A stretch of DNA of 64,000 bases from Porticoccaceae bacterium. Lineage in GTDB: Bacteria > Pseudomonadota > Gammaproteobacteria > Pseudomonadales > Porticoccaceae. The translations under genes and the position numbers were made by a program. Below are positions 10,539-26,279 of the stretch, one piece after another. Where the stretch lies: contig JAQWUP010000040.1 in the NCBI GenBank assembly GCA_029242085.1, positions 21,245-85,244 on the forward strand, read 5' to 3'. The notes beneath the pieces are model-generated. The model did no database searches. It was not told where the DNA came from and was given only the letters and a program-made list of their open reading frames with translations. The stretch's first letter is position 1. Each line of letters begins with the position of its first letter.

Positions 10539-11153
10539 ATGAGATTTTTAGAGTTTTTATCAAAGCCCGCTAAACCAATGCTTGGCCTTGATATTTCATC
10601 TTCCGCAGTCAAGTTAATTGAGCTAAGTAAGACTGCAGATGGCTATAAAGTCGAGGCATATCGGGTAATGCCGCTGCCTGCCAACACTGTGATCGAGAAA
10701 AATATTGCCGATATCGAGGCTCTGGCAGATACCATTGAAAAGGTTGCAGCTCGCTCAGGCACCAAGCTCTCCGATACTGCAGTTGCCGTCTCCGGCTCTT
10801 CGGTCATTACCAAAGAAATAGAACTACCGGCTGGATTGACCGATCTGCAGGTGGAAATGCAGATTGAAGTTGAGGCAGATCAATATATCCCCTACCCAAT
10901 GGAAGAAGTGGCCTTTGATTTTGATGTTCTCGGCCCAGTTGAAACCAATGCCGATTTAGTGCGCGTGTTGCTGGCCGCCTGTCGCCAAGAGAATGTCGAG
11001 CATCGTCGCCAGGCTCTGGATAAGGTACCTTTAATGGGCGATATCCCCTATTTGGGTAAGCTTTTCAGAAATGACCTGCGAAATATTGAAAAACGTGAAA
11101 TACTCATCTTCATAACTCCGAAAATAATTGACAATAATCTTCTGGATCGATGA
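10539..11153 (+). CDS. pilM: In-frame chimera: N-terminal ~160 aa of type IV pilus PilM fused to the last ~44 aa of secretin PilQ (pilN/O/P absent); probably a deletion remnant
   Basis: GLDISSSAVKLIEL, AVAVSGSSVITK, EADQYIPYP, VLLAACRQENVE are PilM; DKVPLMGDIPYLGKLFR...EILIFITPKII is the secretin C-terminal signature; sits in the mrcA-pilMNOPQ-aroK slot. Confidence 0.88.
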   Translation: MRFLEFLSKPAKPMLGLDISSSAVKLIELSKTADGYKVEAYRVMPLPANTVIEKNIADIEALADTIEKVAARSGTKLSDTAVAVSGSSVITKEIELPAGLTDLQVEMQIEVEADQYIPYPMEEVAFDFDVLGPVETNADLVRVLLAACRQENVEHRRQALDKVPLMGDIPYLGKLFRNDLRNIEKREILIFITPKIIDNNLLDR

Positions 11154-11668
11154 GCGAACAACATATTTTTCTGATCGGCCCCATGGGCGCCGGCAAAACT
11201 ACCATTGGTAGGCAGTTGGCCGACTTTCTTTGTCGGCCGTTTATTGATGTGGACAATGAAATCGAAGCACGCACTGGTGCCGATATTCAGTGGATCTTTG
11301 ATATGGAAGGTGAGAAGGGCTTTCGTGACCGCGAGTCCAAGGTGCTCCAGGCCATCATAGACACATCAGCCTCAAGTATTATTGCCACTGGTGGTGGCAT
11401 TGTTCTGCGCAATGAAAACCGCGCGGCCCTGGCGGAAAATGGGCAGGTGGTTTATCTTTCTGCCACTAAAGAGCAGCTCTATGAGCGCACAAGGCGTGAT
11501 AAGAGCCGACCATTGCTGCAGGTCGATGATCGCCGCGCTGTGATCGATCAGCTGGTTGAAAAACGCGATCCTCTGTATCGCGAGATAGCAGATCTGACAT
11601 TTCCCTCTGGCTCCATCCAGCCCAATAGAATTGCAAAAAAACTCGCAGAAGCATTATCAGAGCTTTGA
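11150..11668 (+). CDS. aroK: Shikimate kinase
   Basis: GPMGAGKTTIG, GEKGFRDRE, ATGGG, RPLL; ATGA overlap with upstream stop. Confidence 0.95.
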   Translation: MSEQHIFLIGPMGAGKTTIGRQLADFLCRPFIDVDNEIEARTGADIQWIFDMEGEKGFRDRESKVLQAIIDTSASSIIATGGGIVLRNENRAALAENGQVVYLSATKEQLYERTRRDKSRPLLQVDDRRAVIDQLVEKRDPLYREIADLTFPSGSIQPNRIAKKLAEALSEL

Positions 11669-11692
11669 TAATTCGCTGGGTCTAAGCATAAT
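11665..11692 (+). promoter_or_regulatory. Putative sigma70 promoter for aroB
   Basis: TTGATA-16 bp-CATAAT followed by GC-rich discriminator. Confidence 0.45.
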
Positions 11693-11730
11693 GGCGCTCA
11701 ATTAACCCATTAACTAGAGTTGCACCCCGC

Positions 11731-12843
11731 ATGAGCGCCGAAGATAGCACCATTTCTAGCCCTGCCAAGACCATCAATGTTGATCTGGGCGAGCGCAGCT
11801 ATCCTATCCATATTGGTTCAGAGCAGATTTTACAGGCTGGTATTGGCCAGTACGTGCAGGGCAAGAAGGCCCTTATTGTCAGCAATGAAACCGTTGCACC
11901 GCTCTATCTTCAGGCTGTTTTGCAGCAGCTGCAGGATAAGCAGGTGGACCAGGTGATTCTGAACGATGGCGAGCAGTACAAAACTCTGGACAATCTCAAC
12001 CTTATCTTCACTCAGCTGATCGAGAAGCAGCATGATCGCAAAACCACTCTTATTGCTCTTGGTGGTGGCGTGGTGGGTGATATGACGGGCTTTGCTGCGG
12101 CTAGCTATCAGCGCGGTGTGCCATTTATTCAAATTCCGACCACGTTGCTTGCGCAGGTTGACTCCTCAGTTGGGGGCAAAACAGCGGTCAACCATGCGCT
12201 GGGCAAAAATATGATTGGCGCTTTTTACCAGCCTCAGGCGGTTATTATTGACACAGATACTTTGTCCAGCCTTCCTGAGCGCGAGTTTTGCGCCGGGATG
12301 GCCGAGGTAATCAAGTACGGGTTAATCGCTGACGATGAGTTTTTCCATTGGTTGGAAGACAATGTTGAGGCGCTATTAAAACGCGATTCCGAGGCTCTAG
12401 CCTATGCTATTGAGCGCTCCTGCCTGAATAAAGCCAAGGTTGTCAGTGCTGACGAAACAGAGCAGGGGGTTAGGGCCATACTTAATTTGGGCCACACCTT
12501 CGGTCATGCGATAGAAACATTTCAGCGCTATAGAGGCCTTTTGCATGGCGAGGCTGTTGCTGTGGGAATGATCATGGCGGCTGAGTTATCAATGCTGTGC
12601 GGCTCATTGACGCAGCGAGATGTAGATCGGAGCAAGGCGTTGATAGCCGCATTTTCTTTGCCTGTGGTGCCACCGCAGGCTATGCAGGCCGATGATTTTA
12701 TGGCGCTGATGGTACGTGATAAAAAGGTACTGGACGGCCAGCTGCGCTTGGTTTTGCTCAAGGGAATAGGCAGCGCGGTTGTGACAGCGGATTTCCGATT
12801 GCAGCTGCTCGAGGAAACATTAGATACGGCGTGCAGCAGGTAA
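11731..12843 (+). CDS. aroB: 3-dehydroquinate synthase
   Basis: [46 protein letters not shown]. Confidence 0.96.
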   Translation: MSAEDSTISSPAKTINVDLGERSYPIHIGSEQILQAGIGQYVQGKKALIVSNETVAPLYLQAVLQQLQDKQVDQVILNDGEQYKTLDNLNLIFTQLIEKQHDRKTTLIALGGGVVGDMTGFAAASYQRGVPFIQIPTTLLAQVDSSVGGKTAVNHALGKNMIGAFYQPQAVIIDTDTLSSLPEREFCAGMAEVIKYGLIADDEFFHWLEDNVEALLKRDSEALAYAIERSCLNKAKVVSADETEQGVRAILNLGHTFGHAIETFQRYRGLLHGEAVAVGMIMAAELSMLCGSLTQRDVDRSKALIAAFSLPVVPPQAMQADDFMALMVRDKKVLDGQLRLVLLKGIGSAVVTADFRLQLLEETLDTACSR

Positions 12844-13065
12844 ACCATTCCCTGCCGGCGCTACGTAACATCATGGTAAATGTAATTTACCAGCCCCAAT
12901 ACTCTATTTGCGTCGAAGCGTAGTCTGATTAGGCTAGACGCTGCTATTGACGGATATAACTGATTGTCGTATCCGACTTCGCTGTGTAAAATACAGGGCT
13001 TTGTGCCTTCAAAGATAGCAAGCCTATCTTTGCGTACCCACCACTATAACTTTTAGAGTTTAATT

Positions 13066-18971
<5,906 letters not shown>

Positions 18972-19009
18972 AATGGAATTTCTACAAACACTACAGCATA
19001 GAGAAATAA

Positions 19010-20065
19010 ATGTCTGAACTAAAAAATGATCGCTTTATAAAGGCCCTATTGCGGCAGCCAGTAGATCGCACGCCAGTTTGGATGATGCGTCAGGCTGGGC
19101 GTTATCTGCCAGAGTATCGCGCGACACGGGCTCAGGCCGGCGACTTTATGAGTCTGTGTAAAAATACCGAATTGGCCTGTGAAGTGACCCTGCAGCCACT
19201 CGAGCGCTATGCGCTGGATGCGGCGATTTTATTTTCGGATATTCTGACTATTCCAGACGCTATGGGACTGGGCCTCTATTTTGAAGAGGGCGAGGGCCCT
19301 AAATTTCGCAAGCCGGTTAGAACTGAAGCCGATATTGAAAAGTTAGAGGTGATTAATACCGCCTCTGACCTGAGTTATGTCACCGATGCGGTGAGCATGA
19401 TACGCCGCGAATTAAATGGCCGCGTTCCGCTAATAGGTTTTTCCGGCAGCCCTTGGACATTGGCAACCTATATGGTCGAAGGTCAGAGCAGCCGCGACTT
19501 TGCCCGTGCCAAAACAATGCTGTATACCCAGCCCGAGCTGATGCATCAATTACTCGATAAATTGGCGATGTCAGTGATTGATTATTTAAATGCACAGATT
19601 CGAGCAGGTGCGCAGGTTGTACAGATTTTCGATACCTGGGGTGGGGCGCTGAGTCATGCGGCCTATCAGGAATTTTCTCTCGCCTATATGGAAAAGATTG
19701 TGCGCGGTTTAACCACCCATGTCGATGGTCGAGAAATCCCGGTTATATTATTTACCAAAGGCGGAGGCCACTGGTTAGAGGCGATGGCTGCAACAGGCTG
19801 TCATTGTCTGGGCTTAGACTGGACTGTCGATATTGGTTTAGCGCGAGGTCGAGTAGGCGAGCAGGTTGCTCTGCAAGGCAATATGGATCCCGCAGTACTA
19901 AGAGCTGATCCCGCCACTATTGAGCTTGAGGTCGCCAATATTCTAAAGTCATTTGGTAATAATCCTGGACATGTCTTTAATCTTGGACATGGCATCACGC
20001 CAGATATTGATCCGGCTAACGTCAAAGTCTTTATCGATGCAGTTCACAAGTTTTCTGCAAACTAG
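19010..20065 (+). CDS. hemE: Uroporphyrinogen decarboxylase
   Basis: [31 protein letters not shown]. Confidence 0.97.
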   Translation: MSELKNDRFIKALLRQPVDRTPVWMMRQAGRYLPEYRATRAQAGDFMSLCKNTELACEVTLQPLERYALDAAILFSDILTIPDAMGLGLYFEEGEGPKFRKPVRTEADIEKLEVINTASDLSYVTDAVSMIRRELNGRVPLIGFSGSPWTLATYMVEGQSSRDFARAKTMLYTQPELMHQLLDKLAMSVIDYLNAQIRAGAQVVQIFDTWGGALSHAAYQEFSLAYMEKIVRGLTTHVDGREIPVILFTKGGGHWLEAMAATGCHCLGLDWTVDIGLARGRVGEQVALQGNMDPAVLRADPATIELEVANILKSFGNNPGHVFNLGHGITPDIDPANVKVFIDAVHKFSAN

Positions 20066-20203
20066 TAATCAGTTGGATTGATTCTTAGTCTATATTTATC
20101 AGAACTGTTAGTCAGAGCACAGCATGGAGTCATGAAGTCTTTACATTCCTTCTCTACAGTTAAGTGGTAGCCACTGTAGTGATATCTAATGGATTAGAGT
20201 TAT

Positions 20204-21451
20204 GTGGATTGTATGTCGTTAAAGCAACTAAAGGTTTTTATACATGAGCTTGATGTGGGGATGTTTGTCTCTGCGCTCGATAAGCCGTGGGCGGAAACGC
20301 CTTTCCCAATTCAGGGCTTTGTGATTAAAACAGGCGCTGATATATCCAGAGTCAAAGCCTATTGCGACTATGTGTTTGTCGACACCGAAAAGGGCAGTTC
20401 ACCCCTTGATGTAGCCTCTACTTCTTCTAACGCCCCTGCCAACTTTGGCGTCAAAATAGATACCCGTGCTGCACAGATTTCAGGGCGATCTAGAACGCGT
20501 ACAGAAGTCAGCAATCGCAATCCTGCCAATTTTTTAGTTAAGCCCAACACCTATAGAAAAACCGTCGAGTTGGCCAAAGAGATTCCTGCCGCAAGGCGTG
20601 TAATGAATAATCTTATTGGCTGTTTAACTCTGGCAACCAGGCAGCTTGTTCGCGGCGGCGCCTTTAATCAGGAGCAATTGCAGGAGTCCGTCGACGATAT
20701 GGTTGACAGTGTTATTCGCTGTCCCGGCGCGTTTATCTGGTTGTTGAGACTGCGTGCAAAAGATGCTCACTCCCATGACCATGCTGTGCGATCATCGCTC
20801 TGGGCCACACAGTTTGGACGTCATGTTGGTCTCGCGGTTGATGAGTTAAAAGACCTCTGTTTAGCTACCATGCTAAAAGATGTGGGCAAAGTGAAACTGG
20901 ATCGCGCCCTGCTGCTCAACGCTAATCGCAATGTCGAGGAGGAGACAGAATATCGCAGCTTTGTCAGCCAAAGTGTCGAGCAACTGCATCAGGCCGGATT
21001 TGAAAATCGTCGAGTTTTAAATATTATTAAATTCCACTGCGAGCGCTTTAATGGCAGTGGCTTTCCCAAAGGTGTGTCTGGCAGTCGTATCCCATTTCTT
21101 GCCTCTGTAGTTGGAATCGCCTCAGATTTTGATATGCTCTGCAATCCTCGTGAGGCGGGTGACACCTTATCTCCATCTCAGGCAACCGGGCGACTCTACG
21201 AATTGCGTGGTTCAGCATTTCCCGAAAATTTAGTGCTGGAGTTTATTCAGTCCGTAGGTCTTTATCCCGCAGGGACTATTGTCGAGCTTACCACTGGTGA
21301 CTGTGGCATGGTTGTTGAGCAGAATGCCAAGTCGCGTTTGGCGCCACGTATTGCCGTGTTCGATAAAATTACTGAGCCAGATGCGCAATGTATTTTTGTT
21401 GATTTAAAAAAATCAACAGCAGGCGCTCACGCGTTTGAAAAACTTTGGTAA
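20204..21451 (+). CDS. DUF3391 + degenerate HD-GYP domain protein; last ~13 codons probably out of frame after an A7 frameshift
   Basis: ELDVGMFVSALDKPW..TPF..QGF (DUF3391-like); LKDVGK in place of LHDIGK; HCERFNGSGFP in place of HHERxDGSGYP; GLYPAGTIVELTTG. Confidence 0.8.
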   Translation: MDCMSLKQLKVFIHELDVGMFVSALDKPWAETPFPIQGFVIKTGADISRVKAYCDYVFVDTEKGSSPLDVASTSSNAPANFGVKIDTRAAQISGRSRTRTEVSNRNPANFLVKPNTYRKTVELAKEIPAARRVMNNLIGCLTLATRQLVRGGAFNQEQLQESVDDMVDSVIRCPGAFIWLLRLRAKDAHSHDHAVRSSLWATQFGRHVGLAVDELKDLCLATMLKDVGKVKLDRALLLNANRNVEEETEYRSFVSQSVEQLHQAGFENRRVLNIIKFHCERFNGSGFPKGVSGSRIPFLASVVGIASDFDMLCNPREAGDTLSPSQATGRLYELRGSAFPENLVLEFIQSVGLYPAGTIVELTTGDCGMVVEQNAKSRLAPRIAVFDKITEPDAQCIFVDLKKSTAGAHAFEKLW

Positions 21452-21656
21452 ACGCCGTTCCCTGGATGTAAAAAAATTGGCAATTATTAGAGATATAGAG
21501 CCGGATAGCTTTGGTATCGAATATAGTTTGCTGGAGAATTTAATCGCCAGACCTTTTAGTGCGGCCAACGCCGATGCAGTGATGGATATAACCACAGCAC
21601 CAGCACCGCGTAACAAAGGGTTCTTCTCTGCGCTAAGGGAGCGCTTTGCGAGTTAA
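21411..21656 (+). pseudogene. Out-of-frame C-terminal 81 codons of the HD-GYP protein
   Basis: Removing one A from A7 (21406-21412) gives ...VDLKNQQQALTRLKNFGKRR...IIRDIEPDSFGI..., a plausible family C-terminus; this frame is closed upstream by TAA 21405-21407. Confidence 0.7.
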
Positions 21657-21675
21657 AAACTGCTCAGTTATCTGA

Positions 21676-22530
21676 TCAAGCAAAAGTGCCGATTTTTTCT
21701 CCCATGCACACAGTGGCATGGGCTTCTATATTATCAGTCCAGCGAGTTTTTTGATCTTGAAATAACATAATCACTGTTGAGCCAAACTTAAAGCGTCCGA
21801 TCTCATCACCCTTTACAAAGCTTATTGACTGATCGGAGAAATCAGTTTCGCGCACTGCCCCAGGCCCAGGTTGCTCAAAACCTCCCCAAACAGTTTCAAT
21901 GCCAGCGACCAGCATGGCGCCGACAAATATTATCGCAAAGGTGCCGACCTCATCGGAGTCAAATTCACATACCAGTCGCTCATTGCGAGCAAATAAACCG
22001 GGCAGTGCCTGAGCGGTTTGATCATTGACAGAAAATAGCTCACCGGGAATATAACGTGTGCTAATCAGCTTGCCCGCCAGAGGAATATGCACTCGGTGAT
22101 AGTCGCGCGGTGACAGATAGATAGTGGCAAAGTTGCCGTCCTCATAGAGTTTTGCCTCTGCGGTAGAGCCGAGTAGACGGCCTGTCGAGTAGTCGATACC
22201 TTTGGCCTGTAAAATTTTATTTTTACTGATGGGACCGGCCTGACTAATAGCGCCATCAGCGGGACAGGCAATACTTTTAGTCTCGGCGTCGACGGGTCTA
22301 ACACCCTCTTTCAATGCCCGGGTAAAAAACGCATTAAAGTTTTCATAGTCATTGAGGTCGTCGCTTAAGGCCTCATCCATATTGATATTAAATGCACTGA
22401 TAGCACGGCTAATCAAAATATTTTTCAACCAGCGAGTGTTTGATTCAGCGGCCTTGGCAATTAAGCGTGACAGCATATGCTTAGGGAGAACGCGTTGCAG
22501 AGCAACAAACAGGTCGGCGCGATGGGCCAT
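21676..22530 (-). CDS. psd: Phosphatidylserine decarboxylase proenzyme
   Basis: FNAFFTRAL, PADG, IYLSPRDYHRVH, RNER, FGST cleavage motif. Confidence 0.95.
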   Translation of the reverse strand: MAHRADLFVALQRVLPKHMLSRLIAKAAESNTRWLKNILISRAISAFNINMDEALSDDLNDYENFNAFFTRALKEGVRPVDAETKSIACPADGAISQAGPISKNKILQAKGIDYSTGRLLGSTAEAKLYEDGNFATIYLSPRDYHRVHIPLAGKLISTRYIPGELFSVNDQTAQALPGLFARNERLVCEFDSDEVGTFAIIFVGAMLVAGIETVWGGFEQPGPGAVRETDFSDQSISFVKGDEIGRFKFGSTVIMLFQDQKTRWTDNIEAHATVCMGEKIGTFA

Positions 22531-22560
22531 AATTTTAAATCTCTTGTGTTTAATTAAAAG

Positions 22561-23388
22561 TCACTGGTGGCCGAGCTCAATCGGTGTATCTTCACTGTTA
22601 CCCCATTCGGCCCAGGAACCATCATAACCACAAATATTTTTATAGCCGAGGATACGCGCCACCATATAAGTAAAGCTGGAGCGATGATGGCTCTGACAAT
22701 GGGTGGCAATGGTTAAATCTCTATTGAGGCCAACAGTGTCGAGTATTTGCTGAGCATTGTCACGGATGCGCAGATTTCGCTGTTGATCCATAAGCTCAGT
22801 CCATTCGAGATTGATGGCCCCGGGAATATGCCCGCCGCGGGCTGCTCGAACCATGGCGCCGCTGTATTCGCCGGGACTTCTGGCGTCCCAAACTGTAAAG
22901 TTATCACTGTCTAGCGAAGTCATTATCTGCTGTGTGCTAATCAATGCATGTGGATTGATAAATTCGCTCGCTGTATTGGTACTGATACTCTGTGGTTGAT
23001 TGGCCTCGGCCTCGGTGGTGAAGCCCTCTTTAATCCAGGGCACTATGCCACCGTTTAAATAGGACCAGTTGGTGAGACCAAGTAAGTCTAGGGACCAGAC
23101 CAATCGACCCGCCCAGCCACCGCCCTCATCATCGTAGACAACCACATGCTTACTGTCGTCGATGCCGAGGTAATTGACGATCTTATTAAGCTGTTCAATG
23201 CCTGGATGCGCTCCTGGTGCTGGTGCGGTGCCAGCGACCAGGGCATTGCTCGGCAGGTGCACTGCGCCCGGCACATGCTTCTGGTTATACAGCGCTTGAT
23301 TACACAGATCGACTATAACGAGAGGCTGATTATCTGCAATCAGGGATTGCAGATCCTGAGGTTCTAACAGGCGAGGTATGGTTGTCAT
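22561..23388 (-). CDS. rhdA: Tandem-domain rhodanese (thiosulfate sulfurtransferase, RhdA type)
   Basis: HVPGAV, GHIPGA, active-site HCQSHHRS, YDGSWAEW; ATG at 23388 preferred. Confidence 0.9.
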   Translation of the reverse strand: MTTIPRLLEPQDLQSLIADNQPLVIVDLCNQALYNQKHVPGAVHLPSNALVAGTAPAPGAHPGIEQLNKIVNYLGIDDSKHVVVYDDEGGGWAGRLVWSLDLLGLTNWSYLNGGIVPWIKEGFTTEAEANQPQSISTNTASEFINPHALISTQQIMTSLDSDNFTVWDARSPGEYSGAMVRAARGGHIPGAINLEWTELMDQQRNLRIRDNAQQILDTVGLNRDLTIATHCQSHHRSSFTYMVARILGYKNICGYDGSWAEWGNSEDTPIELGHQ

Positions 23389-23428
23389 TGTTGGTCCTTG
23401 GTCGGCGCGGGATCTTAACACTTTTAGG

Positions 23429-24460
23429 CTAGGGGCGATCCGATTCTTGAGAGAGAATAATCTGTCGATAGTTGTGCAGTCTGCCGGGAAGTATCTTGCC
23501 GGCCTCAACAGCAGCTATAAGCGCGCAACCAATCTCTTTGTCGTGCTTACAGTCACGAAACTTGCAGTGGCCCAGATAGGGGTGAAAATCAACAAAGCCT
23601 TCAATTACCTTATTCGCACTGAGATGGGTAAGGGCGAACTCCCTAATGCCTGGTGAATCAATCAATACACCGCCGCCCTCGAGATGAAAAAGTCGCGACG
23701 CGGTGGTGGTGTGGGTGCCTTTTTCTTTGCCGATAGACAGCGGACCTATCTGCATATTGGCCTCCGGCTGTAAATGATTGAGCAGGGATGATTTGCCAAC
23801 ACCGGATTGGCCGACAAATATTGAGGTTTGATTGGCCAGATACTGTTGCAGCTCGGCCATACCTTGCTGGGTTTTTGCCGACACCATTAAAACCTCATAA
23901 CCGATAAAACGGTAGTCTGAGACCAGCTGCTGCACATCGGTATAGTCTGCATCGCTGAGCATATCGGTTTTATTGAGTATCAGAACAGGTTTTATACCCT
24001 GAAATTCAGCGGCCACCAGATAGCGATCAAGCAGATTGCTAAAAGGCGTGGGCTTGGGGGCGAAGACAATGGCAATACGATCAATATTGGCCGCAACGGG
24101 ACGCAGCTTGCCGTAGATATCTGGACGAATAAGCTCTGATTTGCGCTCTTGCCGAGCTACCACTACGCCATGGGGTTCTGCATGGCGCCAGATAACCAAA
24201 TCGCCGGTCACCAGACTTTCAAGATTGGCGCGCATATGGCAGCGGACGATGCTGCCTTTATAGGGTTCTTCGGCGCCTTCAATATCAACCTGGGCCCCAA
24301 AGTTAGTAATAACAGTGCCGGTAATTTCCGGTCCTAGGGCGGTGAGATTTTGCAGATCTTCGTCACTGACCGCCTTTTTTGCGGTGGCGCGCTCTCGCCG
24401 TCGTTCCTGAATGGACTGGATACGATCTTTCTGGCGATCACTAAGTCTTCGTTTGCTCAT
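23429..24460 (-). CDS. rsgA: Small ribosomal subunit biogenesis GTPase
   Basis: NKTD, GQSGVGKSSL, HTTT, DSPGIRE, CKFRDCKH zinc motif. Confidence 0.96.
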   Translation of the reverse strand: MSKRRLSDRQKDRIQSIQERRRERATAKKAVSDEDLQNLTALGPEITGTVITNFGAQVDIEGAEEPYKGSIVRCHMRANLESLVTGDLVIWRHAEPHGVVVARQERKSELIRPDIYGKLRPVAANIDRIAIVFAPKPTPFSNLLDRYLVAAEFQGIKPVLILNKTDMLSDADYTDVQQLVSDYRFIGYEVLMVSAKTQQGMAELQQYLANQTSIFVGQSGVGKSSLLNHLQPEANMQIGPLSIGKEKGTHTTTASRLFHLEGGGVLIDSPGIREFALTHLSANKVIEGFVDFHPYLGHCKFRDCKHDKEIGCALIAAVEAGKILPGRLHNYRQIILSQESDRP

Positions 24461-24575
24461 CTACCACTTTTACTCATTGTAAAAAACGACCATCACTGGT
24501 CTTATCGGTTGCAAGGATATAGCATAAACGCCCTCAGTTACATTTTGAACGCAACCTTCGTAAGCGGATAGATCT

Positions 24576-25124
24576 ATGACCAATACCAATGCACTTAACC
24601 TGATCTGGATTGATCTTGAAATGACCGGATTAGATCCTCTGGTAGAACGTATTATTGAAATAGCAACGGTAGTCACAGACAGCGATTTAAATGTTCTGGC
24701 CGAGGGGCCATCTCTGGTTATTCATCAGGATGACAACCTACTTGATGGCATGGACGAGTGGAACACTAAACAGCATGGTGGTTCAGGCCTTACTGAACTT
24801 GTGCGCCAGAGTCAGATTACAGAGGCTCAGGCCATGGCTCAAACCATTGATTTTTTGCGCGACTGGGTCCCAGCAGGGCAGTCACCTATGTGCGGCAACA
24901 CCATTGGTCAAGATCGCCGCTTTCTGGTTCGATATATGCCCGAGCTGGCTGAATTTTTCCACTATCGCAATCTAGATGTCAGCACGATTAAAGAGTTGGC
25001 TAGACGCTGGAAGCCCGAGTTATTAAATGGTTTTGCCAAGAAGGGCAGTCATCTGGCGATGGACGATGTCTATGATTCAATTGCCGAACTGGCTTACTAC
25101 CGCGACGTTTTCATCCGTCCCTAA
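24576..25124 (+). CDS. orn: Oligoribonuclease
   Basis: WIDLEMTGL, DEDDh exonuclease motifs, [13 protein letters not shown]. Confidence 0.96.
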   Translation: MTNTNALNLIWIDLEMTGLDPLVERIIEIATVVTDSDLNVLAEGPSLVIHQDDNLLDGMDEWNTKQHGGSGLTELVRQSQITEAQAMAQTIDFLRDWVPAGQSPMCGNTIGQDRRFLVRYMPELAEFFHYRNLDVSTIKELARRWKPELLNGFAKKGSHLAMDDVYDSIAELAYYRDVFIRP

Positions 25125-25131
25125 AGGCTTT

Positions 25132-26223
25132 TTATTCAAGCTGCTCTAACTTTAGCTTCTGTTGATTTATGGCCCATTGCACATGCTCACGCACCAGTGC
25201 TGAGGGATGTTCTGCCTTGGCTTCAAGCTGCTGCAGTATCTCTTCCGAAGCACTGGCATTGCCTAGTCCCACCGCGAGGTTGCGCAACCAGCGTTCATGA
25301 CCAATGCGGCGTATTGGCGAGCCGGCAGTCTTATCTAAAAATTCCTCAGGCCGCCAGTTAAAGAGGGTCACCAGGTCTGGGTCATCCAGATTATGTCTGG
25401 GACTAAAATCATCCTCTTTGGTCTTTGATGCAAAGCGATTCCATGGACAGATAATCTGACAGTCATCGCAACCGAATACCCGATTGCCCATCAATGGGCG
25501 CAACTCCTCTGGTATCGCATCTTTGCTTTCAATAGTGAGATAGGAGATACATCTTCGCGCATCCAGCACATAGGGTTCGGGGAAAGCATCGGTGGGACAA
25601 ATCTTTAAACAGGCACGACAGTTACCGCAGCGGTTGTCCTGTTCGCTACGATCCGCAGGTAACTGCAGGGAGGTGTATATCTCGCCGAGAAAAAACCAGG
25701 AGCCGGCGCTGTCATTGAGCAATAGCGTGTTCTTGCCAATCCATCCCAGTCCAGCCTGTTCTGCCAGTGGTTTTTCCATAACCGGCGCACTGTCTACAAA
25801 GGGTCGCTGCGAAAGCTGTAGTTCCGGTATCTCGGTTTCAATTTTGCTGACCAGCGCAGCCAGGCGTTTGCGAATTAGCTTGTGATAATCGCGGCCCAGA
25901 GCATAGCGGGAGATATAGGCTTTATTGTCATTTTTAAGCACTGCGACCATATTACTATCAGCCAGATAATCCATGCGCACCGAGATCACGCGCACCGTTT
26001 GGTCGACGAGCTTATCCACCACATAGCGCTTATCACCATGCTCACCCATCCACTGCATAGAGCCTTGAAAGCCATCCGCGAGCCATTTATTGAGGCGCTC
26101 TGAGGCCTGACTCAGATCTGGCTCAGCGATGGCGACCTGCTGAAAGCCCAGCTCAGAACCCCAAGCCTTAATTTTGTCGGCGAGAATGGCGAGCTGTTCT
26201 TTTTCAGTTAGCTTGTTATGCAT
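25132..26223 (-). CDS. queG: tRNA epoxyqueuosine reductase
   Basis: SRYALGRDYH, VDSAPVMEK, CGNCRACLKICPT, CISYLTIE, GCDDCQIICPWN. Confidence 0.95.
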   Translation of the reverse strand: MHNKLTEKEQLAILADKIKAWGSELGFQQVAIAEPDLSQASERLNKWLADGFQGSMQWMGEHGDKRYVVDKLVDQTVRVISVRMDYLADSNMVAVLKNDNKAYISRYALGRDYHKLIRKRLAALVSKIETEIPELQLSQRPFVDSAPVMEKPLAEQAGLGWIGKNTLLLNDSAGSWFFLGEIYTSLQLPADRSEQDNRCGNCRACLKICPTDAFPEPYVLDARRCISYLTIESKDAIPEELRPLMGNRVFGCDDCQIICPWNRFASKTKEDDFSPRHNLDDPDLVTLFNWRPEEFLDKTAGSPIRRIGHERWLRNLAVGLGNASASEEILQQLEAKAEHPSALVREHVQWAINQQKLKLEQLE

Positions 26224-26279
26224 GTGTTGGCGACTGTTCTAGCTTATAATTGCGTCAATTTTACGGGGATATTCGCTTC

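Noticed and set aside
21403-21409. T-TTA-AAA as a -1 ribosomal slippery heptamer
   Set aside because: The -1 frame hits TGA within about 10 codons; restoring the protein needs the +1 frame.
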